A DNA stretch of 40,011 nucleotides from a virus (lineage: Duplodnaviria; Caudoviricetes): positions 1 to 40,011 of IMG/VR virus record IMGVR_UViG_3300032125_000010, one strand, 5' to 3'. The number at the start of each line of letters is the position of its first letter. Within the stretch, counting starts at the first letter, position 1. The notes under the pieces are model-generated. The model was not told the DNA's origin. It saw only the letters and a list, made by a program, of their open reading frames with translations, and made no database searches. The position numbers were made by a program, and so were the translations under genes. Shown in pieces: positions 9,292 through 18,826 of the stretch.

Positions 9292-9623
9292 GTCGCCGCA
9301 TTTCGGAGTTCGTCTCGCATGAGGCGTTCATTGCGGGCGCTGAGGATGCACACGGAAACCCGGTCCGCGCGTGGCTGCCGGCTGTTCAGGTTGGTGTCTT
9401 TGCGCTCGATCCCGGCTCTACGTCCGAGCCGCGCGAGGCTGGCCGTGACCGGGTGATTGTCGAGCCGACCGTGTACGTGCCCACGGGCGTCCTGTTTGCG
9501 CCTGACGACCGCGTGACGGCACGTTCTGTCCGCTATGAGGTCGAGGGTGTCACGCGCGAATGGCGACATCCCAATGGGCGCCGTGAGGGCAACGTTGCAA
9601 CGCTTAGGAGGGTGGCGGGCTAA
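9288..9623 (+). CDS. Head-to-tail stopper
   Basis: DAHGNPV, DRV....YEVEG, LRRVAG; position. Confidence 0.8.
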   Translation: MSRRISEFVSHEAFIAGAEDAHGNPVRAWLPAVQVGVFALDPGSTSEPREAGRDRVIVEPTVYVPTGVLFAPDDRVTARSVRYEVEGVTREWRHPNGRREGNVATLRRVAG

Positions 9624-9868
9624 TGACTGTCGACAAGATCAAATGGAACATGAGCGGCTTCCGGCAGCTGCGGAAGTCGCGTGAGGTCATGTCGGATCTC
9701 ATCAAGCGGGGCGCCGCGATCGCTGGGGCGTCTGGTGCCGGATACGAGGCGTCACCGTTCACCGGCAAGAATCGCGGGCGGGTTTCGGTCATTACGGCAA
9801 CCCCGGAAGCAATTGAGGACAACGCGGCCCGAAATAGCCTGGTCAACAACTTGGGGGCGGGCAGATGA
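9623..9868 (+). CDS. Neck / tail completion protein
   Basis: KIKWN..GFRQLRKS...RGRVSV; position between stopper and tail terminator. Confidence 0.65.
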   Translation: MTVDKIKWNMSGFRQLRKSREVMSDLIKRGAAIAGASGAGYEASPFTGKNRGRVSVITATPEAIEDNAARNSLVNNLGAGR

Positions 9869-10260
9869 CGGAAGTTATCGCGTTCCCGGACGCTGAGGCG
9901 TTCGCCGTCCTGTTCCTACGGGCGCAGTTCTCGGCACGCAGCATGTCAGCGGGCGCGAGTACAAAAGTTCCCGCAAGCATCCCGAACGGCCATGTGAGGG
10001 TGTCTCGTGCTGGTGGCGGGCAACGCGATCTGGTGACGGATTCGCCGCGGCTGCTGCTCGAATGTTTCGCCGCCGACACGGTGATGGCTTCCGACCTCGC
10101 CAAGGTGACTCGGGCGCTCATGCTCGCGGCTGCCCGACTGTCCGACGAGGTGACGCGCGCTGTCGATGGTGGCGGCGTCGCTTTTCTCCCTGACCCTTCC
10201 ACCAACAACCCGCGTTATCAGTTCGTGGTGCAGCTCGATCTTCGAGGCGCAACGATCTAG
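9865..10260 (+). CDS. Tail terminator protein
   Basis: VRVSRAGGG, LPDP...PRYQF; precedes major tail gene. Confidence 0.8.
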   Translation: MTEVIAFPDAEAFAVLFLRAQFSARSMSAGASTKVPASIPNGHVRVSRAGGGQRDLVTDSPRLLLECFAADTVMASDLAKVTRALMLAAARLSDEVTRAVDGGGVAFLPDPSTNNPRYQFVVQLDLRGATI

Positions 10261-10312
10261 GCACGACCACCCCCTATCAAGGCCAGCGCAACTCGCCTGA
10301 AAGGCACACATA

Positions 10313-10888
10313 ATGAGCAACACCTCTACAAACGTTGTTTCGGGCAAGCCGCTCGCCACTGGCGGTATTCTCATCGCCCCCGCCGGCACTGCGGGCCCCA
10401 CCGACGTCTCTACGGCCCCAGTCGCCGGGTTCATCGGTGCTGGCTACATCGGTGAGGATGGCGTCACCGAGGGTGGCGAACGTTCCACCGAGAAGATCAA
10501 GGCGTGGGGCGGCGATACCGTCAAGATCGTCCAGACCGAGCACTCGTTGACGTACAGCTTCTCTTTCATCGAGACGCTCAACGCTGACGTGCTCAAGTCG
10601 ATCTATGGAGACTCGAACGTCACCACGACTGCCGCGACCATTTCGTCGGGCACGATTCATAAGGTCCTCGTCACCAGTGACACCCTCCCGCACAAGGCGT
10701 ACGTCTTCGAGATCAAGGATGGCGACGCCCGCATTCGCATTGTCGTCGCCGACGGTCAGATCACCGAGGTCGGCGAGATCACCTACTCCGACTCTGAGGT
10801 CATCGCGTACACCGTCACCGTCGAGTGCTTCGCGGATGCCAACGGCGTCAAGGCGACCAAGTTCCTGGACAACGGCGTCTTCGTTTAG
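10313..10888 (+). CDS. Major tail (tube) protein
   Basis: APAGT..PTD, GYIGEDGVT, IKAWGGDTV, GQITEVGEITY motifs. Confidence 0.9.
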   Translation: MSNTSTNVVSGKPLATGGILIAPAGTAGPTDVSTAPVAGFIGAGYIGEDGVTEGGERSTEKIKAWGGDTVKIVQTEHSLTYSFSFIETLNADVLKSIYGDSNVTTTAATISSGTIHKVLVTSDTLPHKAYVFEIKDGDARIRIVVADGQITEVGEITYSDSEVIAYTVTVECFADANGVKATKFLDNGVFV

Positions 10889-10978
10889 TCCTCACAATCT
10901 CCGGGCGCAGGTTCCTGCGCTGGCCACCTGCGCCCGGTTCACCCCTTTTTGGCCAGCGATCACGAAAGGTCAGCGCCC

Positions 10979-11284
10979 ATGGTTTACGAAGTTCCCGACT
11001 ACAAGAAGTCCATCGACCAGGACAAGTTCAGCTTCAAGCTGGGCACGAAGACGTACAAGGCTACGCGGTTCGACCTGCTCCCCGTGAGCTTTGTTGAGTC
11101 CCTCGGTGAGATCGAAGAGAAGCACGTAGTGAAGGCGCTGCGCCTCGCTCTCGCGGGGTCCGATGAGGCTCTCGCTGAGGCTCTCGCAGTGTTGCCGGTC
11201 AAGGCGATCAAGGGTCTCATCGGGGCTTGGCAGGAGAATGCAGGGGTAACGCTGGGGGAATCCAAAGCCTCCGACGACTCCTAG
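10979..11284 (+). CDS. Tail assembly chaperone (lambda G-like)
   Basis: RBS GAAAGG; lies between tail tube and tape measure genes; ends ...GVTLGES at the slippery site. Confidence 0.85.
   Translation: MVYEVPDYKKSIDQDKFSFKLGTKTYKATRFDLLPVSFVESLGEIEEKHVVKALRLALAGSDEALAEALAVLPVKAIKGLIGAWQENAGVTLGESKASDDS
11254..11260 (+). other. Programmed -1 ribosomal frameshift site G GGG GAA
   Basis: CTG GGG GAA in frame 0; the -1 frame continues GGIQSLRRLL... to 11637. Confidence 0.85.
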
Positions 11285-11637
11285 AAGAGTTTCCGGAGGC
11301 CGTCGAATACGACCTCATCGCCCTCGGGCTGCGGCTGCGCGACTTGCCCAGCGATCGATTGACATGGCGTGACCTCAAGGTCATCGTGACGCGGATGCCG
11401 CAGCACAAGTCAGCGCTTGCCGCTGAGCAGCACCCCGAGGATGCGTCTTGGGCGCTCACGGAGCACCTGCTGGCTGAGGTCGCCGACACGCAACGCCTGC
11501 TCTTGTGGGCGAAGACGAAAGACGGCTCGAAGAACCGCAACCGGCCCCAGCCGATTGAACGGCCCGGTCGTCGACCTGAGCGGTTCGGCAAGAAGCCGCT
11601 CAAGCTCGACCGCATGAAGGAATGGCTCGGTTGGTAA
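11254..11637 (+). CDS. Frameshifted C-terminal part of tail assembly chaperone (GT-like; fusion 10979-11637)
   Basis: AVEYDLI.LGLRL...LTWRDL, W...EHLLAEVAD, KDGSKNRNRPQPIERPG; no good independent start. Confidence 0.85.
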   Translation, partial: GGIQSLRRLLEEFPEAVEYDLIALGLRLRDLPSDRLTWRDLKVIVTRMPQHKSALAAEQHPEDASWALTEHLLAEVADTQRLLLWAKTKDGSKNRNRPQPIERPGRRPERFGKKPLKLDRMKEWLGW

Positions 11638-11652
11638 CGAGCGCACATCACG

Positions 11653-11674
11653 GCCACCCACGGGTGGCTTCTCT
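11653..11674 (+). terminator. Small hairpin, possible terminator or attenuator before tape measure gene
   Basis: GCCACC-CACG-GGTGGC followed by TTCTCT. Confidence 0.4.
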
Positions 11675-11691
11675 CATTTAAGGAGCCGCCC

Positions 11692-13710
11692 ATGGCCGTA
11701 GAACTCGCAACCGCATACATCAGCCTGGTCCCGTCTACTAGAGGTTTCGCCGCTGAGACAAATAAGCAGATCGCCCCGGCAATGGCTAAACGGGGCGGGC
11801 AGATCGGCGACGGGATGCTCGCCGGCATCGGCAAATCGCTCAAGCTCGGTGCGGTCGCTGTCGGTGCTGTCGCAGTCGGAGGCATTGGCACGGCCCTGGT
11901 AAAGGGGTTCTCGCGACTCGATGGGCTCGATCAGGCGAACGCGAAGCTGTCGGGCCTGGGGCACTCTGCCGAGACCGTCGAGGGCATCATGAACAACTCG
12001 TTGGCGTCTGTCAAGGGTACGGCGTTCGGCATGGATGCGGCGGCGGGCACGGCTGCTCAAATGGTGGCATCGGGCATCAAGCCGGGCGCGGACCTCGAGC
12101 GCACCCTAAAGAACGTTGCGGATGCTGCGACCATCGCTGGCGTTGACATGGGCTCGATGGGCTCGATCTTCGGCAAGGTTGCAGCATCGGGCAAGGTGCA
12201 GGGCGACGTTATCGCGCAGCTCTCCGACGCTGGCGTTCCCGCTCTGGCGCTCCTGTCTAAGGAGCTCGGCGTTACCGCTGAAGAGGCGAGCGCGATGGCC
12301 TCCCGTGGTGAGATTGACTTCGCCACGTTCCAGAACGCGATGGAATCCGGCATGGGTGGCGCCGCTCTCGAGTCGGGTAACACTTTCTCGGGCACGATGG
12401 ACAACATGGGCGCGGCCCTCGGTCGCGTCGGTGCAAACCTTCTCTCGGGGATCTTCCCGCAGATGAAAGACGGGCTCGGCGGCATTACGGACTTCCTCGG
12501 CCCGCTCGAGGAAAAGGCCAAGGATGCCGGCGCCGCGTTCAGTGTGTGGGCTGCTGACGTCGGCCCGAAGGTTGTTGACGTACTCAAGGGCATCGGCGAC
12601 TTCGGCGGCAAGGCGTTCGCGTGGGTTAGCGAGAATATCGGGCTACTCAAGACGATCGGCGGGGTGATTCTCGGCCTCGCTGCTGGCATCCTCGTGTACC
12701 GCGGCGTCATGGCCCTAATCGCACTTCCGACACAGATCGCGGCAGCGGCGCAGCTCGCATGGAATGCGGCCATGTTGCTGAACCCGATCGCATTAGTTGT
12801 CGTGGCCATCATCGCTTTAGTTGCCGCGATTATCTGGGTGGCAACTCAGACGACGTTCTTTCAGGACGTGTGGGCGGCGGTGTCGAAGTTCTTCATCGAC
12901 ACGTGGCAGCACGTCAGCGACTTCTTCGTCTCAATCTGGAACAGCATCGTCTCGTTCATATCCGGCGCCATCGCCTCGGTCGCGTCGGTCATCGGGGCGG
13001 TCGTCAAAGCGATCAGCTCAGTGTGGTCCTCGGTCTGGGGCGGCATTAGCTCCTTCTTCGGCAACATTTGGGCGGGCATCGTCGCGTTCGTCACCGCATA
13101 CATCAACACCGTGCGCACGATCATAACGACGGTCGTAAACGTGATTTCGGGCATCTGGTCGAGCGTATGGGGCGGCATCAGCTCGTTCTTCTCCGGCATC
13201 TGGGACGGCATCGTTTCGGCGGTCCAGTCGTTCGGCGGATTCTTCAAGTCTGCATTCAGTGGCATCTCTGGGTTTGTGAAAAGCGCATTCTCCGGCGTGC
13301 TGCAAGCGGTGAAGGGTCCGATCAACGGGATTATCGGCATCGTCAACGGTGCCATCCGGGCACTGAACGGGCTGTCGGTGGCTATCCCTGACTGGGTGCC
13401 GGTGGTGGGTGGGCAATCCTTCGGGCTGAGCCTGCCGACCATTCCGAAGCTCGCCGCGGGTGGCATCGTGTCGAAGCGCCCGGGCGGCATCATCGCGAAC
13501 GTTGGCGAGGGTCGCTATGACGAGGCGGTCGTTCCGTTGACGCCGGCATTCCTGAAGTCGCTCGCTGGCGGCTCCGACGCATCCAGTCGCCCGATCTATG
13601 TGGAGAACCCATTCACGGGCGAGTACCTGCTTGCTCGTGTCGGACAGGTTGCGGGGTCGGTTTTGAAGACTGCCGCGGATGCTCGTGACTCTCAAATTCG
13701 CCGCAACTAA
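11692..13710 (+). CDS. Tape measure protein
   Basis: MAVELATAYISLVPS start; Ala/Gly-rich; Trp/Phe-periodic repeats; C-terminal LAAGGIV...VGEG..DEAVVPL. Confidence 0.95.
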   Translation: MAVELATAYISLVPSTRGFAAETNKQIAPAMAKRGGQIGDGMLAGIGKSLKLGAVAVGAVAVGGIGTALVKGFSRLDGLDQANAKLSGLGHSAETVEGIMNNSLASVKGTAFGMDAAAGTAAQMVASGIKPGADLERTLKNVADAATIAGVDMGSMGSIFGKVAASGKVQGDVIAQLSDAGVPALALLSKELGVTAEEASAMASRGEIDFATFQNAMESGMGGAALESGNTFSGTMDNMGAALGRVGANLLSGIFPQMKDGLGGITDFLGPLEEKAKDAGAAFSVWAADVGPKVVDVLKGIGDFGGKAFAWVSENIGLLKTIGGVILGLAAGILVYRGVMALIALPTQIAAAAQLAWNAAMLLNPIALVVVAIIALVAAIIWVATQTTFFQDVWAAVSKFFIDTWQHVSDFFVSIWNSIVSFISGAIASVASVIGAVVKAISSVWSSVWGGISSFFGNIWAGIVAFVTAYINTVRTIITTVVNVISGIWSSVWGGISSFFSGIWDGIVSAVQSFGGFFKSAFSGISGFVKSAFSGVLQAVKGPINGIIGIVNGAIRALNGLSVAIPDWVPVVGGQSFGLSLPTIPKLAAGGIVSKRPGGIIANVGEGRYDEAVVPLTPAFLKSLAGGSDASSRPIYVENPFTGEYLLARVGQVAGSVLKTAADARDSQIRRN

Positions 13711-13770
13711 TCCGCATCTCGCACCACCCATCACAGCAAGCACTTTTTACTAACGGAAAGAGATCAAATC

Positions 13771-14208
13771 ATGGCCGTAACTGCTCGCCTGTATGGGCTG
13801 TTCTTTGACTCGCTTGCGAGCAAGAAGATCGACCTCAAAACGGACACGCTCAAGGTGATGTTGTGCACGAGCGCGTACACGCCGAACCAGGACACGCATC
13901 AGTACAAGTCGAGCGTGACGAATGAGGTTACGGGGACTGGGTATACGGCGGGTGGCTCAACGCTGACGGCTGTGACGGTCACGTATGACGCTGCGACGAA
14001 CAAGCTGAAGCTCGACTCGGCGGATTCGTCGTGGGCGGGCGCTACGTTCACCGCTCGCTATGCCGTGTTCTACGACTCGACGCCGGCGACGGATGCAACT
14101 CGCCCGCTGATTTCGTACATCGATTTCGGCACTGATGTCGTCGCTACGGCGGAGACTCTTGTGATCGAGCTCGACGCCAACGGAATCGCCGCTTTGACGG
14201 CTGCGTAA
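13771..14208 (+). CDS. Minor tail / structural protein
   Basis: IDLKTDTLKVML...NEVTGTGYTAGG.TL...ARYAVFYD...LISYIDFG family of phage structural proteins. Confidence 0.75.
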   Translation: MAVTARLYGLFFDSLASKKIDLKTDTLKVMLCTSAYTPNQDTHQYKSSVTNEVTGTGYTAGGSTLTAVTVTYDAATNKLKLDSADSSWAGATFTARYAVFYDSTPATDATRPLISYIDFGTDVVATAETLVIELDANGIAALTAA

Positions 14209-14220
14209 GGGGGCGGGAGC

Positions 14221-15129
14221 GTGGCTATTCGTATTATTGTGCGTCGGGGTCCTGGCGCTGCTCCCGTGTTTTCCCTTGGCACCACGGAGCCGGTGGCGTC
14301 GAATACTGGCGCTGGCGTGCTCCGTGCGTACCCGACGATCGAGCTCAATGGCGACCAGACGGTAACCACTCCCAATGGGATCGTGGACCGCATCATTAAC
14401 GGGCGCGTGACGATCACGGGCGACGGGTCGATAGAGAACTGCGTGATTCGTGGTGCGGCAACTGCGCGCACGAGTTCTGCCGAGCTGATTACGACGAGCG
14501 GCGCCACGTCTCAGGCGGCGATTCGGTTCTGTGACATCGCCCCGCAAACCCCGTCCGCGTACTGGGCGGGGCTTGGCAAGAAGCGGTTCTACGCGTACCG
14601 ATGCAAGATTTGGAACTGTACTGACAGTTTCGCGGCCTTCGCTTCTGGTGACGGCATCTGCAACGTGCGCATCGAGGGTTGTTACAGCCCGGACATGACA
14701 CGGTTCGCGCCGGACTACGCCAACAGCAACCGTGCCGAAACGCACAACGACACGATCCAGCTACAGGGGAACGTGGACGACGCGAACGACATTGTTCTGA
14801 TCGGAAATTCGTTCGTCGCTCGCCATTCGCAGACGACGGGCGACCTGCCTACCTCGCACGTGCAGTTGTCGGCAGTGATGGTCACCGCGGCTGTGCAGCC
14901 GGCATGTTCGGCGACCTTCAACCAGAACTGGTTCCGCGGTGGAGTGTTCACCTTCAACGCGGGCGGGTCGGGCGGCATGCTCGTCATCACCAACAACAGG
15001 TTCGAGCGTCCGGGCACTGTTTCGCCCGGCCCGACCACTGCCCTTTCGCTGAATGCGGCGGTTGGCCGTTCAGCTTCGGGCAACACGTACATCGACAACG
15101 GGGCGGCGGTGCCAATAACCAATGGCTGA
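14221..15129 (+). CDS. Right-handed beta-helix (pectin lyase-like) protein, putative depolymerase or tail spike
   Basis: Repeating IENCVI / IRFCDI / RCKIWN / IEGCY / LIGNSF / NQNWF / ITNNRF rungs; THNDTIQLQG resembles the polysaccharide-lyase H-D-x-x-Q motif. Confidence 0.7.
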   Translation: MAIRIIVRRGPGAAPVFSLGTTEPVASNTGAGVLRAYPTIELNGDQTVTTPNGIVDRIINGRVTITGDGSIENCVIRGAATARTSSAELITTSGATSQAAIRFCDIAPQTPSAYWAGLGKKRFYAYRCKIWNCTDSFAAFASGDGICNVRIEGCYSPDMTRFAPDYANSNRAETHNDTIQLQGNVDDANDIVLIGNSFVARHSQTTGDLPTSHVQLSAVMVTAAVQPACSATFNQNWFRGGVFTFNAGGSGGMLVITNNRFERPGTVSPGPTTALSLNAAVGRSASGNTYIDNGAAVPITNG

Positions 15130-16804
15130 TTACCTGAACACCCACGAAACTGGGCTGGCTGACGGCACCGATGCCACGGCTGGAAACTCTGCCGACAACG
15201 GTGCCGGTTTCGCTTTCACGCCTGTCACGGCTGGCAGCGGGACGGTCCAGTATTCCACCACGCTCCCCTTGCGCGGAAGTCGCTCCCTGGCTCACACGGC
15301 AACGGCTACGGCTTCTGTTGCGCGTGTTGAGATCACCAGCCTAATCAGCAGCACCACAGCAGTCCTCGACGTAGCGTTCCGCACACCGTCTTACCCGTCT
15401 GCGGCGACTCGAATTGTTGAGCTGCTCGGTGCTGCATCCGTTTATCACTTGCGGATTGAGTTGAACGCGACGGGCAACCTCGTCGTGTTCAACGCGGCGA
15501 ACGCTGCAACTTGGACGTCGACCGCGGCAGTGAACACGGGCGCTGACGGGTGGCGGATTGGCATTCGGTGTGTCGCTGCTACGGCGACCACTGGCACCCT
15601 TGCGCTTAGCTATTACGGCTCGAAGACTGGCACGACCCCCACAGAGACCATGCCTGCTGTTACAGCTGGCAACTTCGGCCTCGACGCGCACACTGCTATC
15701 CGCATTGGCAAGATCACATCGTCGCCCACATGGGCGACCTTCTGGACTGACGACTACCAGATCAGCGACTCACGCACGGCACTATTCGGTGCACCTGCCG
15801 GGCCGTTTAGCGTCGGCATCACCGCACCAACAGCCGCGGGCTCGGGGGAAGCTTTCGCCCCGGCAATATACGAAGAAGTGGTCATTTCTGGCGGTGGCCC
15901 TGCTGCGGGCACGGGTGAAGCATACCCAGCCGTTGTGACCGCGACCATGAACCAGGAAGGGGGCGTTGTGGGGAATCATGCGCCAATAATCACCACGTAC
16001 ATCGGCGCGAATCCGTGTCCTCGAGCGGAGGTTCTTTTCGAGGGTTTCGCGGCGGGCACGGTGAAGGTCACGGTGCATCGCTCGACGGGGCTGCGTAAGT
16101 TTCAGGTGCGCGGTGCCGTAAATGCTCAGGTGGCCGGCGCGTTGACGAGGATCGACTTTGAGATCCCGTTCGGCGTGCCGGTGTCGTATTGGGCCGAGCA
16201 GTTCGATGCGGGCGGGCTGTCTCTTGGCGAGACGGACAAGACGACGGTGACGCTCAACTCGTGGGAGACGTGGATTCACAATCCGCTTGACCCGCATAAC
16301 GCCGTGAGTGTCGTGCTGATCCAAGGCGCGGCACAGTCGATCTCTCGCCCGGTATCGGGCGAGATCGTGCAGCCCCAGGGTCGTCGTGTCGGCGTGTTCA
16401 TCGGCGGTGCTCGCGGTGGCGTGACTGGCATCAACATGGACTGCTTCACGGACAGCGACGAGGTGGCAGACAAGCTCTCCGTCATGGTCGGCGACTATGA
16501 ATCAACGACCGTCCCCATTCTGTGCCTCCGCACTGGCGCGGGCATGAAGATGCGCATACCTCAGCCGTTCTTCGCTGCGGTTCCTGATCCGCGCGAAGAA
16601 GGCGTTGACCTGAACCGTGGCGGCTCAAGCATCGTGTGGCGCATGACTGGTGATGAGGTCGCACCGCCTGCACCCGGCATCTTCATCCCGCTACTCACGA
16701 ACGCGGACATCAATGCGTTCTACCTAACGAACGCTGCGATCAATGCTGCGAACGCCACCAACCTCGACGTCAACCGTCAATACTCCCTGATTGGAGCTAG
16801 CTAA
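15122..16804 (+). CDS. Distal tail (Dit)-like minor tail protein with N-terminal carbohydrate-binding-like extension
   Basis: C-terminal NPCPRAEV...DFEIPFGVPVSYWAE...WIHNPLDP Dit-like region; N-terminal ~220 aa Thr/Ala-rich beta-sandwich-like region. Confidence 0.65.
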   Translation: MADYLNTHETGLADGTDATAGNSADNGAGFAFTPVTAGSGTVQYSTTLPLRGSRSLAHTATATASVARVEITSLISSTTAVLDVAFRTPSYPSAATRIVELLGAASVYHLRIELNATGNLVVFNAANAATWTSTAAVNTGADGWRIGIRCVAATATTGTLALSYYGSKTGTTPTETMPAVTAGNFGLDAHTAIRIGKITSSPTWATFWTDDYQISDSRTALFGAPAGPFSVGITAPTAAGSGEAFAPAIYEEVVISGGGPAAGTGEAYPAVVTATMNQEGGVVGNHAPIITTYIGANPCPRAEVLFEGFAAGTVKVTVHRSTGLRKFQVRGAVNAQVAGALTRIDFEIPFGVPVSYWAEQFDAGGLSLGETDKTTVTLNSWETWIHNPLDPHNAVSVVLIQGAAQSISRPVSGEIVQPQGRRVGVFIGGARGGVTGINMDCFTDSDEVADKLSVMVGDYESTTVPILCLRTGAGMKMRIPQPFFAAVPDPREEGVDLNRGGSSIVWRMTGDEVAPPAPGIFIPLLTNADINAFYLTNAAINAANATNLDVNRQYSLIGAS

Positions 16805-17910
16805 TGAGGGCGCATAGTGCAGAGCTCGCCGCGGTCCTCAAGGGGTCATTCTCGACTCGCCTGATTGCTGATGTATTCCATGGCACTGATCGCGTGATGC
16901 AGGATTTGGCGCTGACTGGGTGGAGCCAGGGAAGCGACTTGACCTCCGAGGTGAAGGAGTCGGGTCGCGGGACGGTCGTGTATCAGAGCGTGAATGGCGA
17001 GTCGTTGAAGCCGCTCGGCACTGAGGGCATCCTGTCCCCATTCCGTGCGCGCTTGTTTCTGCTCATGGAGATCAGCGCGGGTGGCTTTTCGGAGACGATC
17101 AAGATTGGTTGGGCGACGGTTACGGATGTGCCGTATGCGCGCGATCACTACGCGGATGTCAATGGGCGGCGCACGGTCATCGCGTCGGTTGTGGATCTCG
17201 TGTTTCAGTCCCTCGATTCCGACATAAGGGACTGGGGGTTTCGGCATGAGGAGCAACCGCCCGCATTGACGAGCGCGTACACGGAGCTGCGGCGCATTAC
17301 GAAGATGCCCGTGATGGAGACGTTCGCTGACCGGGCTATTCCGCAGACGATCACGTATGAGGCCAGCGAGGGTGGGCGACTCAAGGGCGTGCAGCTTCTC
17401 GCGGGCCTGTTCGATGGCCGCGCGGTTGTCAATCCTGAGGGTGCATGGACGATTGTTCCGTACGAGCCTGGCGCCGTCGTGGGCACCTTGTCGATCGGCC
17501 CGGATGGCACGGTGACCGATGTGCCCTACTCGGTAACGACTGAGGGCGTGTTCAACTGCGTCATCGGCAACTTTGAGACAGCTAACCGTGACCCGTTCAA
17601 TTCCATTGCCGAGGTCACTGTTGGCCCGCTGGCGACGGTGTACGGCGAACGTACTAAGTGGGTGGGTCCGAACGATCTCGTGCGCACACAGCTGGCTGGT
17701 GACGCTTGGGTGCAGGCCGTGCTTGAACGCTGCACGCGCTCCCAGCAGTACGACGTCGAGGTGCAGTGCGTTGTGAATCCGTTGATTGAGTTGGGCGACA
17801 TGCTCGAGGTCACGGGTGATGACGGCACGGTACAGGGGCAGGTCGTGAGGATCAGTCTTAGCAATGCGGCCTTGATGAATGTGACCTTGCGAGCCGAACG
17901 GAGCCTCTAA
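16804..17910 (+). CDS. Minor tail protein (baseplate hub-like)
   Basis: Position after Dit; NPLIELGDMLEV C-terminal motif; TAATG coupling. Confidence 0.75.
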   Translation: MRAHSAELAAVLKGSFSTRLIADVFHGTDRVMQDLALTGWSQGSDLTSEVKESGRGTVVYQSVNGESLKPLGTEGILSPFRARLFLLMEISAGGFSETIKIGWATVTDVPYARDHYADVNGRRTVIASVVDLVFQSLDSDIRDWGFRHEEQPPALTSAYTELRRITKMPVMETFADRAIPQTITYEASEGGRLKGVQLLAGLFDGRAVVNPEGAWTIVPYEPGAVVGTLSIGPDGTVTDVPYSVTTEGVFNCVIGNFETANRDPFNSIAEVTVGPLATVYGERTKWVGPNDLVRTQLAGDAWVQAVLERCTRSQQYDVEVQCVVNPLIELGDMLEVTGDDGTVQGQVVRISLSNAALMNVTLRAERSL

Positions 17911-18770
17911 TGGCATCAGCCGATGAGATTATTCTACGGAAGCTTGCGACTATCCCCGATGTGGCGTCGAAGCTGGGCACGTTCGTTCGCATGGACGGCA
18001 ATCTGGCGGTCGTGAATGTCGGCGCCAATGCGGTCGTCATTCCCGTGTCGGGGTTTTATCCTCCGATTGCAGGCATGTCGGTGCAGCTTGAGCGGCGCAA
18101 TGGGTCGCTGATTGTTACGGGGCCGTCGAAGCAACTCCCGCCGTTGGGTGTGATGCAGTCGAGCGGAACCCCGAAGGCGGATGTCCTCGCTGGCGGCAAG
18201 ACGTACACGCTGGGCATGCGCGACGGGTACACGCCGGTGATCGGCGATGACGTGGAGATCAACTGGTTCTCGGGTCTGATTCAGGGGAAGGTGAAGGGCG
18301 TTACGGTCGCCCCGCTTCCCATGGAGAATCCTCCCGTTACGAACGTGGCGTTCTCTAACCTGATGATTCAGGCGGCGGATTCGGGCAGCTACATCTCGCG
18401 CTGGTGGACGAACGACGTTTACAACGGCAATAGCAACACTGGCGCGTGGTTCTACGGCGCCCGGGTCGCTGATGGCCTGCGTGGTGCGACGATCACCAAG
18501 ATCGAGATATTCCTGAATCCTCGACGCGCTTCCGGGTACGCCCCGCAAGTCGGCACGCACACGTCGGGTGGCAAGCCTGGCGGCAACGTTGGCGTGTCCA
18601 ATCAGGTCGGCCTCGAGCCTCGCAGCGGATGGGTGCAACTCCCAACCTCATGGGCGGGCATCTTGCAGGCTGGCGGCGGCATCGGTGTCACTCCGTCGGG
18701 ATACACGATCTGGCGCGGCACTGGCTCCGATGCTCTCTCCGGCGCTCTCCGGTTCTCTGGCACTCGCTAA
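17910..18770 (+). CDS. Minor tail protein
   Basis: YTPVIGDDVEI, GAWFYG, SGWVQLP; tail module context. Confidence 0.75.
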   Translation: MASADEIILRKLATIPDVASKLGTFVRMDGNLAVVNVGANAVVIPVSGFYPPIAGMSVQLERRNGSLIVTGPSKQLPPLGVMQSSGTPKADVLAGGKTYTLGMRDGYTPVIGDDVEINWFSGLIQGKVKGVTVAPLPMENPPVTNVAFSNLMIQAADSGSYISRWWTNDVYNGNSNTGAWFYGARVADGLRGATITKIEIFLNPRRASGYAPQVGTHTSGGKPGGNVGVSNQVGLEPRSGWVQLPTSWAGILQAGGGIGVTPSGYTIWRGTGSDALSGALRFSGTR

Positions 18771-18785
18771 CACTCAACCTCTCAC

Positions 18786-18809
18786 GGCCTCACTTCGGTG
18801 GGGCCTTTT
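18786..18809 (+). terminator. Rho-independent terminator
   Basis: GGCCTCAC-TTCG-GTGGGGCC-TTTT. Confidence 0.75.
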
Positions 18810-18826
18810 CGCTTTAAGGAGCAAAG

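Noticed and set aside
12880-13300. Repeat array or CRISPR-like periodicity
   Set aside because: These are amino-acid-level Trp/Phe repeats of the tape measure protein; no repeat-spacer structure and no cas genes
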